From the NCBI GenBank assembly GCA_963768655.1, contig CAVYIM010000003.1, positions 96,001-160,000 on the forward strand: DNA of 64,000 nucleotides. Reading direction: 5' to 3'. The stretch is from an uncultured Chloroflexia bacterium. GTDB lineage: Bacteria > Chloroflexota > Limnocylindria > Limnocylindrales > CSP1-4. The notes under the pieces are model-generated. The model was not told the DNA's origin. It saw nothing but the letters and a program-made list of their open reading frames with translations, and made no database searches. Positions 8,918 through 17,753 of this stretch are shown here, in pieces (the first letter of the stretch is position 1; the number at the start of each line of letters is the position of its first letter). Made by a program: the position numbers and the translations under genes.

Positions 8918-10036
8918 CTAGGAAGTCGTCTTGACGGGCATGACGACGTGCACGTAATCCGCGTCGTCGACCGGCCGGAAGACGCCGGGCGATAGAGGCC
9001 CATTCAGCTCGATCGAGAATTGCTCGGCCGGAACGTTCGACAGGACGTCGACGAGGTATTTGGCGTTGAAGGCAATCGTGGTGCCGTCACCTTCGACCTG
9101 CGCCTCGACTTCGCTGCGGTTGTCGCCGATGTCGGCCGCGGCGCTCACCGTAAGGCCCGTCGCCGCCTCCTTGCCGATGTGGAGCTTGACGATGTTCGCC
9201 GATGAGAAGGCGATGAAGCCGGCCAGTCGAACCGCCTTGAGCAGTTGGTCGCGGTCGACCGTGGCGGTCGTGGTGTGGCTCTTGGGCAACACCTGCTGGT
9301 AGTTGGGGAATTGCCCATCGATCAGGCGACTCACCAGATCGATGCCTTCGACATGGAATAGGATCTGGTTGCGGCTCGGTGACAGCACGACGTTGACAGG
9401 ATCGTCGGCCTCTGACAGTACCCGGCCCAGCGCATCGAGCGAACGAGCCGGGATGACGATGCTCGTCTCTTCGACGGGGTCGAGGATAGTGATGGTCTTG
9501 ACTGCGATGCGGTAGTTGTCGGCCGCCGCCAGGGTGAGTTGGGTGCCCTCGAAACGAGCCAGGACGCCGGTCAGGATCGGTCTGGCCTCGTCAGTAGCTG
9601 CGGCGAAGGTCACTTCCGTCAAAGCCTTGTGCAGGACGTTCTGAGCGATCCTGGTCGTCGGTCTGTCACCTGCGGTTGGGATCGCCGGAAACTCCTCGGC
9701 ATCAATCCCCTTGACGCGAGTCTCGAACGGCCCAGCGTGGATGTACAGGGTTTCCTGGGCCTGGAGCTCGAGGTCGACTCGCTCGTTGGCCGGCAATCCG
9801 GCAACGATGTCCGCCAAGAGCCGCGCAGGAGTGGTCGTCGCTCCGGCGACCTCGATCTTGCCGGGCACCCAGTAGGTGATCCCGATCTCGAGGTTGGTGG
9901 CGGTCAGCTTGAGGCCACCATCCTCAGTTCGAAGAAGGACGTTGTTGAGGACGGGCAGGGTGCTCCGCGTCGGAACGGCGCGGCTGACGACCTGGAGACC
10001 TCGAGCCAGGTTCTCCTGCATGACCGAGAGTTTCAC
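8918..10036 (-). CDS. dnaN: DNA polymerase III beta clamp
   Basis: STLPVLNNVLL, ATNLEIGI, RPILTGV, SRLIDGQFPNY, IAFNAKYL and VVMPV. Confidence 0.98.
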   Translation of the reverse strand: MKLSVMQENLARGLQVVSRAVPTRSTLPVLNNVLLRTEDGGLKLTATNLEIGITYWVPGKIEVAGATTTPARLLADIVAGLPANERVDLELQAQETLYIHAGPFETRVKGIDAEEFPAIPTAGDRPTTRIAQNVLHKALTEVTFAAATDEARPILTGVLARFEGTQLTLAAADNYRIAVKTITILDPVEETSIVIPARSLDALGRVLSEADDPVNVVLSPSRNQILFHVEGIDLVSRLIDGQFPNYQQVLPKSHTTTATVDRDQLLKAVRLAGFIAFSSANIVKLHIGKEAATGLTVSAAADIGDNRSEVEAQVEGDGTTIAFNAKYLVDVLSNVPAEQFSIELNGPLSPGVFRPVDDADYVHVVMPVKTTS

Positions 10037-10117
10037 TTCGGCTTTACTCCCCTGACGTCGGGCATGGCGGGCCAGATCGGGTGATGGCTGACGGGCAGCG
10101 ATCCTACTCCCGGTTGA

Positions 10118-10400
10118 TTGTCCATCTATCTTCTCATCCCGTCATCACCATCATCATGGTGTGGAGGATGTGAATCTGCTGCGCGGCCACGCTCAGGTAG
10201 CCGGTGGAGGGACTGCCCGGGTAAGTGGATGGGTTACGTCGAATTGGGGATTCTCGTCAGTCGGACGGTGGATGAATCGGTCAGGCAGCCCCCGGCGATC
10301 CGCCTGGATTGGTGATTCAATCACCCCTGCGTTCGCTGCGCCCGCAGGATTTCTCCACATCGGATGGGGGTTATCCACGCAACGAGGCACCTTATCCACC
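10118..10400. other. Putative replication origin oriC (DnaA-box cluster plus trinucleotide unwinding element)
   Basis: DnaA-box-like 9-mers TTCTCCACA 10351, TTATCCACG 10371, TTATCCACC 10392 on plus; TCATCCACC 10267-75, AGATTCACA 10169-77 and TCCTCCACA 10160-68 on minus. CAT trinucleotide run at 10140-10157. Non-coding, immediately upstream of dnaN. Confidence 0.75.
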
Positions 10401-10490
10401 GGGCGGGCCGGACCCGATCTCCAGACAGCGTACGAGCGAGACCGGGAAGGTGTCCAGCTGGCACTCCAGGGGTCCAGCTCTCTGGAGCAG

Positions 10491-12011
10491 TCAGCGTCGG
10501 TTGGCAGCGCGCATCGCCAGCCGCCACGCCATCGCTATGGTCGGTCTGCTGGTCGAGAAGAGAATAAGTGAGCACACGGCGCCGTAGGCGATGGTTGCCA
10601 CGATTGTCGCCACGATGGCGGTGGCGGACGCCTGGCTCGACCAGTGCAGGGGCAGCCAGGCGCTGGTGCCGTTGAGGGCGGCCGTTCCTGCGAGGGTCGC
10701 GAGAAGGCCGGCGGCCAGCATCAACAGGAACCGCTTCCAGGTCAGCCGAATCATGTCCCGCGCCAGCCAGATCGCCGCAAACAGGCCGGCCGCCGCTCCT
10801 GCCAGGAATCCTACCGCCGAGCCTGGAAGGCCCAGCAACACCAGGCCCGACGTGTACGCCAGGAGCGCACACGCAGTCGCCGCGAAGGAGATAGACAGGC
10901 CTCTTCGTGACTCACCCCTCGCAAAGACCGCCTGACGCAGATACCGCGTCGGGAACCTGATCAGCGTTCCCAGGCAGATGATCTGTACCAGGAAGATAGC
11001 GGGTGTCCATTGGCCGCCGAACACGAGCGGTATCAAGACCGGGGCCATGGCCACTATCCAGCACTGGATTGGGATGACGAGGAGGGCGGTCAGAAGGATC
11101 GCCGACTCCAGGGCACGAGTCTGCTGGTCCCGATTTCCCTGCAGTCGAGCGAACGCAGGAAAGGCGATCTGGGCGACGATTTCGTCGATGCTGGCGATCG
11201 TGAGAGCTATTCGAACGGCGAACTGGATCAGCCCGGCCGACGCGGCTCCGCACGCGACGGCGGCCAGAGTGGACAGAGGAGCGTCGCGCAGCGTGATCAG
11301 AAGATCGCTGATCTGGAATCCCAACCCGAATCCGAGCAGTCTCGCAAGGCTGCGCCGCTCGATACCCACATGAGGCCAATGGCGCCAGGCCAGGTTGACC
11401 GCGATCGAGCCGATCGTGAGCTGCGCGAGGCCGGCCACCACGAACGCCCACGCCCCAACTCCCCAGAAGGCCAGGGCCACGGCGACGGCATAGAAGGTGA
11501 TCATCTGGAGCACATCCGCGGTGGCCAGCGGCCCGAATCGGAGATGGCGTTCCATCATGTCCTCAGGTAGAGATTGCAGACTCGCCGCGATCAGACCCAG
11601 GGACAAGACCCTGAACATCCACTCGGCATCGGAAGGTAGGCCCGAGATGAGTGTCCTGGCGGCCGGCGCCACCACCCAGATCGCGATCACCGCCACGACG
11701 GTGATGCATTGCTGGACGGTCCAGACGGTTCGCATCTGCTCGGGCGTTGGCTCGTCGGCCTGCTGGACGAGGGCGGCTCCGAGCCCGAAGTCGCCGATGG
11801 TGACGCAGATCGAAACCACGAAAGAGACAATTCCGTAAACGCCGAAGTCCGATGGCGAAAGAAGCCGAGCGAGGACGATCGTCCCGACAAATGTCAGCCC
11901 GCGCAGGATGACGCTCCGAATGGCGAGCTGAAGCGCAGCGTGAGTACTGCTGCGACCAAGGTCATGCCAGAGCTGAGCCCCATCGTCGCCCATCCCCGTC
12001 GCTCTGGTCAT
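10491..12011 (-). CDS. Oligosaccharide flippase (Wzx/PST family)
   Basis: LARLLSPSDFG and DFGLGAALVQ motifs, many TM helices; ATGA overlap with the upstream GT gene. Confidence 0.9.
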   Translation of the reverse strand: MTRATGMGDDGAQLWHDLGRSSTHAALQLAIRSVILRGLTFVGTIVLARLLSPSDFGVYGIVSFVVSICVTIGDFGLGAALVQQADEPTPEQMRTVWTVQQCITVVAVIAIWVVAPAARTLISGLPSDAEWMFRVLSLGLIAASLQSLPEDMMERHLRFGPLATADVLQMITFYAVAVALAFWGVGAWAFVVAGLAQLTIGSIAVNLAWRHWPHVGIERRSLARLLGFGLGFQISDLLITLRDAPLSTLAAVACGAASAGLIQFAVRIALTIASIDEIVAQIAFPAFARLQGNRDQQTRALESAILLTALLVIPIQCWIVAMAPVLIPLVFGGQWTPAIFLVQIICLGTLIRFPTRYLRQAVFARGESRRGLSISFAATACALLAYTSGLVLLGLPGSAVGFLAGAAAGLFAAIWLARDMIRLTWKRFLLMLAAGLLATLAGTAALNGTSAWLPLHWSSQASATAIVATIVATIAYGAVCSLILFSTSRPTIAMAWRLAMRAANRR

Positions 12012-13135
12012 CGAACCCACAACAGGCGGCGCATGAAAGTCCTGGCCAGCACGTAGAGCGGCCGGAGTGGTCCGTGAACTCGGCGCTGGCCGATGCCATA
12101 CCGCCTGTAGTACCAGGCCATCAACGCTGCCGATGCCCGGTACCGCGCAATCGACAGGCCGCGGACGATCCGGCGACGGCTCGGCTCGATTGCTGGTATC
12201 CGGGCGTACTCGGCGATCACCTCTTCATAAACGCCAACGAGCTTGTGCGTCGCCAGTTCGAGGCCGCACTCAGCTCGGACCATGTCCCGAACCCGCCCGG
12301 CATCTTCCGCGTCGTAGCGCTCTATCTGGCGCAGGACACCATCCCAGGTGAGTGGCTCGGCAAGCGCCTGGAACCCAAAGTTGAGCGGGCGCAGACGTGC
12401 GAACTCCTCGGACGTGACCATGGGTCCCAGTCCTCCGAAGTCGCACAGGATCACGGCCCGCCCCACGGCCATCGCCTCCATGGCGGCCTTGGCCTTGGCA
12501 AAGACCAGGTCGTAATGGGCGAGGACCCGTTCCGGTCGATCTGAGGCCCGCCTAACTCCGCGGCCGATGACGTCCAGGTTCAGGCTCAGGCGTCGGCACG
12601 CCTCCGTGATTGCGGGCAGATGCGTGTCGGGCGTCGCGTAGTTGCTGAAGATCAGGGCACTGCCCGGCTGGGCCGGCAGTTGCGGTCCGCATTCGAAGCG
12701 GCGCAGATCGACGAAGTTCAGCTGGAGTCCTGTAGCCGCGGCCGGCGCTCCCGCGCTGCGCAACCGCTCCACACACAGCTCACTGACGCCAAAGTAGCGC
12801 CTGATTCGAGGATTGGGTGCGGGGACCGACCATGGATCCGAGTGGTTGTGGCAAAAGGCGATTGCGGGCACATCCGGAAACCGCAGGAGGGCGCCCTGAA
12901 CCAGGGGTCGGTGATTACCGTGGATGATGTCCGGCCGATCGTGGATCCGCCACAGACTGTCGGCTACTTCCACTCCCTCGGCCTCGAGGTCGTCGCTCGC
13001 GCGTCCCATGAGCCAGGTGTAAACGATCGGCCTGTGTCCCATGCGCTTCAGCTCGAGGGCCAGGTCGCGAGTGTAGACGACAGTTCCACTGGGCCAGTCC
13101 ATGCAGATGTTGGTGAGGAGGATGGTCAGGCCCAA
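12008..13135 (-). CDS. GT-B (family 4-like) glycosyltransferase
   Basis: ILLTN...SGTVVYTRDLA, PDIIHGNH, NFVDLRRF and AMEAMAVGRAVI. Start uncertain (TTG 13135 chosen). Confidence 0.8.
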   Translation of the reverse strand: MGLTILLTNICMDWPSGTVVYTRDLALELKRMGHRPIVYTWLMGRASDDLEAEGVEVADSLWRIHDRPDIIHGNHRPLVQGALLRFPDVPAIAFCHNHSDPWSVPAPNPRIRRYFGVSELCVERLRSAGAPAAATGLQLNFVDLRRFECGPQLPAQPGSALIFSNYATPDTHLPAITEACRRLSLNLDVIGRGVRRASDRPERVLAHYDLVFAKAKAAMEAMAVGRAVILCDFGGLGPMVTSEEFARLRPLNFGFQALAEPLTWDGVLRQIERYDAEDAGRVRDMVRAECGLELATHKLVGVYEEVIAEYARIPAIEPSRRRIVRGLSIARYRASAALMAWYYRRYGIGQRRVHGPLRPLYVLARTFMRRLLWVR

Positions 13136-13172
13136 TGTTGCCCGCCGGGCTGTGAGGCCGGACGATTGGCGC

Positions 13173-13664
13173 TCATATGATGTGGTCGCTTGGGACGATG
13201 CCGATGACCCGTGCTGGATTGCCCACAACAATCGTTCGATCCGGCACATCCCGTGTCACCACCGACCCGGCGCCCACCAGGGCGTTCTCCCCGACCGTGA
13301 TACCCGGCAGCAGGACGCTGCCCCCTCCGACTCGCGCGGCCCTGAGGATCCTGGGCGCGGCTTTCTCCCAGGTCAGGTTCGGCCTGCGATGGACGATCCG
13401 TTTGTCGTTCATGGTTATCACGCGCGGCCCGCAGAAGACCTCATCTTCGATGACGACGCCGCGAGTGACGTATACGCCGCTCTGGAGCGAAACGTGGTCG
13501 CCGATGACCACGTCGCCCTCGATGTCGACGTACGAGCCAACCGTGCACTCTCGACCGATGATCGTGCTGCTCCGGATCATCACGAAGTTGCCGAGTCGCG
13601 TGCCCTCGCCGATTTCGACGTCGGGGAAGATCACGCAGTACTGACCCTGACGTGAAGGCGCCAT
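13173..13664 (-). CDS. Hexapeptide-repeat (left-handed beta-helix) sugar acetyltransferase
   Basis: IGEGTRLG, IGRECTVG, GITVGENALVGAGSVVTRDVP and VVGNPARVI; SD GGGAGG 6 nt before ATG 13664. It is the C-terminal part of track ORF 13173..15281. Confidence 0.9.
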   Translation of the reverse strand: MAPSRQGQYCVIFPDVEIGEGTRLGNFVMIRSSTIIGRECTVGSYVDIEGDVVIGDHVSLQSGVYVTRGVVIEDEVFCGPRVITMNDKRIVHRRPNLTWEKAAPRILRAARVGGGSVLLPGITVGENALVGAGSVVTRDVPDRTIVVGNPARVIGIVPSDHII

Positions 13665-13957
13665 CTGCTTCCTCCCACACTCTCCGGACGGTCGAGTCTC
13701 TCGCCTGCAACTATGTGGGGCCTGGGTCATTCCGCCCGGGTGGCATTGTCCTTGCCCGCAGCAGCCCGGGGTGAGGGTTGCGGCGACGGTGATTGGGTCG
13801 GCCTGTGGGAGCGATGGAGGACGAGTCGATCGTCGACGTTTGCCCGACCGGGATGGTCCCGCCGCGCGACAGGTCAGACAGCGGCCTGGGAACCCGCGTC
13901 GAGCCGCCGAGCCCGCCTGATAGAGCGTCCTGATCGAGTGACCCGCGCGAGGCCGAC

Positions 13958-15355
13958 CTATTCCGCGTAGATCAGTTCCCGCACCGCGGCCAGCTCCCGC
14001 CGCAATTCGTCGTTGATGCCCATTTCGCGGTTGATCTTGTCGCAGGCGTGCAGGACCGTGGAATGGTCCCGGCCGCCAAGCTCGGCCCCGATGCGGAGCA
14101 GCGAGACGTCGGTCTCCTCGCGCATCAGGAACATCGCGATCTGGCGCGGCACCACGATCGCCTTGTCCCGCTTCTGACCCTTCAGAGCCTCGATCTGGAC
14201 GCCGTAGTAGTCGGACACCGCACGAGTGATCCGTTCCGGCGTGACCTGGCGTTTCTTGGGGTTGTAGAGGACGTTCGACAGGACCGCCTGGGCCAGTTCG
14301 ATCGTGATCGGCACCGCCCCCATGCTGGCGTAGGCGACGATCCGATTGAGCGCGCCTTCGAGCTCCCGGATGTTGCTGACGACCTTGCGGGCGATGAACT
14401 CGAGCACGTCCGAGCTGACCGGCACAGCCTGCTCTTCCGCCTTGGCGCGAAGGATGGCGATGCGCGTCTCCAGGTCCGGCGCGGTCAGGTCCGCGATGAG
14501 GCCCCATTCGAAGCGACTGCGGAGACGCTCCTCCAGCGTCAGGATCGCCTTGGGCGGTCGATCCGACGACAGCACGATCTGCTTGCCGTCCTCGTGGATG
14601 GCATTGAACGTGTGGAAGAACTCCTCCTGGGTCCGCTCCTTGTCCGCGATGAACTGGATGTCGTCGATGAGGAGGAGGTCGATCCGGCGGTAGCGAGCCC
14701 GGAACTCGTCGATCTTGCCCTGCTGAATGCTGGTGATGAACTCGTTGGTGAACTTCTCGCTGGTCGCGTACACGACGCGCTTGCGCGGATAGCGGGCGAT
14801 CACCGCGTTGCCGATGGCATGCATCAGATGGGTCTTGCCCAGGCCTACGCCGCCGTAGAGGAAGAGCGGGTTGTAGGCGTGGCCGGGCCGCTCCGCGACC
14901 GAGAGGCTGGCTGCGTGGGCCAGGCGGTTCGCCGACCCGACGATGAAGTTCGAGAAGGTGTAGCGCGCGTTGATGTTGCTGGCCGCCCCCTCTGGCGCCC
15001 CAACGCGCGTGGCCTCGACCCGGACGGCCTGCGAAAGAGCCGGCGCCGAGCCGTTGCCTGTGGCTGCGCCGTTCGGGCCGTTGCCTGGGGCGGCGCCGGC
15101 TGTCTCGCCGGCCGGGCGAACGACGAACTCGACCTGGACGCTGTAGCCGACGATGCGGGCCAACGTCTGCGAGATCAGGGATCGGTAGCGCGTCTCCAGC
15201 CAATCCTTGGCGAAGCCGTTGGGGACGGCGATCCGAAAGTGGTTGTCGTCTACGTCGACGAGCACCGTGTCGCGGAGCCACGTTTCGAAATTGGCCGGAG
15301 ACAGCGAAACCTGAAGCTCTCCGAGTGCTGCGCGCCAGACTTGTTTTGCGTCCAT
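13958..15355 (-). CDS. dnaA: Chromosomal replication initiator DnaA
   Basis: YNPLFLYGGVGLGKTHL, LLIDDIQF, RLRSRFEWG, NIRELEGAL and GGRDHSTVLHA. Start set at MDAKQVW. Confidence 0.99.
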   Translation of the reverse strand: MDAKQVWRAALGELQVSLSPANFETWLRDTVLVDVDDNHFRIAVPNGFAKDWLETRYRSLISQTLARIVGYSVQVEFVVRPAGETAGAAPGNGPNGAATGNGSAPALSQAVRVEATRVGAPEGAASNINARYTFSNFIVGSANRLAHAASLSVAERPGHAYNPLFLYGGVGLGKTHLMHAIGNAVIARYPRKRVVYATSEKFTNEFITSIQQGKIDEFRARYRRIDLLLIDDIQFIADKERTQEEFFHTFNAIHEDGKQIVLSSDRPPKAILTLEERLRSRFEWGLIADLTAPDLETRIAILRAKAEEQAVPVSSDVLEFIARKVVSNIRELEGALNRIVAYASMGAVPITIELAQAVLSNVLYNPKKRQVTPERITRAVSDYYGVQIEALKGQKRDKAIVVPRQIAMFLMREETDVSLLRIGAELGGRDHSTVLHACDKINREMGINDELRRELAAVRELIYAE

Positions 15356-15661
15356 CGAGGCAGGCTTGGTCCCAAGAGACGAAGATGGATAGCCAGAATC
15401 GTGACGGACGCCCGCTTCCGCTTTCACCTTCCGGCGCCGTGAGGTCGACCGATCAGGCTCTCCTCCGGAGCAGTCTGCCGGTCCTCACGGTCCCTCCGGG
15501 CCGTGGCCCTGGGGTTGTCTGGCGCCGCGGGCCGCCGAAGAATAGCACCGCCCCGGCGGCCCCGGCAAGGCTTCGGCCCGATCCGAATCGTATACTCCCG
15601 GGGAGTATCGGGCGCCCGACCCTCCGCGGCGGCGTAACTGGGGCCGGCGCGGCCTCATCGT

Positions 15662-15691
15662 TTGACACTCCGTGTGTCACGTTCATATAAT
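15662..15691 (+). promoter_or_regulatory. Consensus sigma70-type promoter of the rpmH operon
   Basis: TTGACA-N18-TATAAT. Confidence 0.85.
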
Positions 15692-15794
15692 CCGCCGGCA
15701 GACGCGCTGAAGCGCTCTTGTGGCGCCAGGCGCGTTCGCGTGCCTTTCGGGGTATCCTGACCCCGAGGCCGAATGGAGAGACACCCGCCGTCCG

Positions 15795-15929
15795 ATGAAG
15801 CAGACCTATCAGCCCAAGAAGCGGCATCGCGCAAAAGAGCACGGCTTCCGCGCCCGGATGAAGACTACCGGGGGACGTCGCGTGCTGGCCGCACGCCGCG
15901 CCCACGGCCGCAAGAAGCTCACGGTCTGA
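15795..15929 (+). CDS. rpmH: 50S ribosomal protein L34
   Basis: [44 protein letters not shown]. Confidence 0.98.
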   Translation: MKQTYQPKKRHRAKEHGFRARMKTTGGRRVLAARRAHGRKKLTV

Positions 15930-15964
15930 CGGCGGACCGCGGCCACAACTCGCCGCGGCTGGTG

Positions 15965-16300
15965 ATGCTCTCCAGCCCGGAGGACTTCGCCGCACTGCAG
16001 GGTCAAGGATCGGTCAGGTCCAATCCCCTGCTCGTCGTCCGAATCCGCCGGAATGACCTCGAGGAGACGCGTTTCGGGCTCTCGACTGGACGCAAGCTCG
16101 GCGGAGCGGTCGTCCGGAACCGAGTGCGCCGGCGACTCCGGGAGGCGCTAAGGGTGATGGCGCCCTCGTTCCGGCCCGGCTGGGACGTTCTGATCATCGC
16201 CCGACAGCCCGTCATCGCCGCAGACTACCAGGCGTTGACGGGGGCCCTGCACAGTCTCCTCCGCCGAGGAGGCGTTCTCGGAGGGCGGACCGTCACGTGA
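15965..16300 (+). CDS. rnpA: Ribonuclease P protein component
   Basis: [25 protein letters not shown] (RNR motif); synteny. Start approximate. Confidence 0.95.
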   Translation: MLSSPEDFAALQGQGSVRSNPLLVVRIRRNDLEETRFGLSTGRKLGGAVVRNRVRRRLREALRVMAPSFRPGWDVLIIARQPVIAADYQALTGALHSLLRRGGVLGGRTVT

Positions 16301-16503
16301 AAACGGTCGGCATCGGGCTCATAAGGCTCTACCGCCGCCTCTTCGCCTGGCGCCCGTCGGTCTGTCGCTATGAGCCGACCTGTTCGGTCTATACCGAGCA
16401 GGCGATCGCCAAATACGGTCTATTCCGAGGGAGCTGGATGGGAATGCGTCGAATTGCTCGCTGCCACCCGTGGAGTCGCGGTGGCTACGACCCTGTTCGC
16501 TAG
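16297..16503 (+). CDS. yidD: Membrane protein insertion efficiency factor YidD
   Basis: [10 protein letters not shown] and [16 protein letters not shown]. Confidence 0.95.
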   Translation: MKTVGIGLIRLYRRLFAWRPSVCRYEPTCSVYTEQAIAKYGLFRGSWMGMRRIARCHPWSRGGYDPVR

Positions 16504-16504
16504 C

Positions 16505-17752
16505 ATGAGCTCTCGAAAGCGCATGCCCATCTCCCGGGCACGCTGGCTCGTGCTCGGGCTGTTCGTCGTGCTCGTCGCGCTCGCCGTGGTGGCATGCGCC
16601 GACGCGGGCACGGCCGGCTCCAGCTCGGGACCGTCGGCCGGCGCCGCCGCCTCGGCGATCGCTTCGCCTGGAACCAGTGGGTTGCCCGCGACCTCTCCGT
16701 CCCCCAGCCCCACGCCCGCGCCACTGGAGGCGGCCGCCCCGACCGACCCGTTCAGCTTCCTCAGCTGGCTCTTCACGCCCATCTTCCAGGCCCTCTTCAT
16801 CCTGCTGACCTGGCTGTACGTGATCACGGGCAATGTCCTGATAGCGATCGTGCTCCTGACGCTGATCATCCGGTTGGCGACCGTCAAGCTCTCGGCCCGC
16901 CAGCTCGCCTCCCAGCAGCGCATGATGCGTTTGCAGCCCGAGCTCAAGAGCCTGCAAAAAGAGCTCCAGCGGCGCTACAAGGGCGATCGCCAGGCCGTAT
17001 ATCAAGCCCAGCAGGAGTTCTACAAGGAACGAGGCGTCAGCCCGACCGCCGGCTGCCTGCCGAGCGTGCTGCAGATGGGGATGCTCATCCCCATGTACTC
17101 GGTCATCCGCATCGGACTGACCAACTTCGATCCAAATGCGATGCTGAGCGTCTTCGGCCAGAAGGTCGTGCCGCTCACGTGCCCGAACCCCGCCCACTAC
17201 GTGGCCGGCGTGCTGGACAAGTCCCTGCCGTGCATCAACACGGTCATCGCGGGCATCGACATGGGCAAGGAGCAGGTCCTCTTCAACCTCCCGGTGTTCG
17301 GCGTCTTCACCCTGGGAGTGAGCGCCCTAGCTCTCGCCGCCGCGGCCGTCCAGATGGTCCAGAGCCGGATGATGATGCCGCCGAACGCCGAGAACGATCC
17401 CTCGGCCAGCACCCAGCGCAGCATGATGATCTTCATGCCCCTTATCTCGATCCTGTACGGCGGGATCCTCCCCGCCGGCTTGTTCATCTACTGGATCACG
17501 ACTTCGCTGTTCTCGGTCGTGCAGCAGTTCCTGATCGTCGGATGGGGCGCGTTGTTCCCGATCTTCGGACGGACCCCGGGATTCGCGCGAAACTACACAC
17601 CAAGGTTCCCGGTCACCATGCCCGAGCCAGTGAACGCAGGCAAGTCGCTGGCCGCAACCCGGTACAAGCCGGAGGAGCGGTGGGCATCGGCGGCCTCAAC
17701 GGTTCGGCCAAATACGCACCGGCGATCGAGCCGGCGAGGGAGACGACGCTGA
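16505..17752 (+). CDS. yidC: YidC/Oxa1 membrane protein insertase with possible lipobox
   Basis: LQPELKSLQKE, GCLPSVLQM and GLFIYWITTSLFSVVQQ; signal peptide ending VVAC, then a Ser/Pro/Thr linker. Confidence 0.93.
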   Translation: MSSRKRMPISRARWLVLGLFVVLVALAVVACADAGTAGSSSGPSAGAAASAIASPGTSGLPATSPSPSPTPAPLEAAAPTDPFSFLSWLFTPIFQALFILLTWLYVITGNVLIAIVLLTLIIRLATVKLSARQLASQQRMMRLQPELKSLQKELQRRYKGDRQAVYQAQQEFYKERGVSPTAGCLPSVLQMGMLIPMYSVIRIGLTNFDPNAMLSVFGQKVVPLTCPNPAHYVAGVLDKSLPCINTVIAGIDMGKEQVLFNLPVFGVFTLGVSALALAAAAVQMVQSRMMMPPNAENDPSASTQRSMMIFMPLISILYGGILPAGLFIYWITTSLFSVVQQFLIVGWGALFPIFGRTPGFARNYTPRFPVTMPEPVNAGKSLAATRYKPEERWASAASTVRPNTHRRSSRRGRRR

Positions 17753-17753
17753 C

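Noticed and set aside
8755-9003. 82-aa ORF between dnaN and recF
   Set aside because: Overlaps both neighbours, lacks a convincing start and has no motif.
13173-15281. 702-aa ORF suggesting a dnaA-overlapping fusion to the acetyltransferase
   Set aside because: The upstream part is an off-frame Arg/Pro-rich read of dnaA; the acetyltransferase has its own SD and ATG at 13664.
16290-16305. Second parS-like site (TCACGTGAAA)
   Set aside because: Only about 10/16 match and explained by the rnpA/yidD GTGA overlap.
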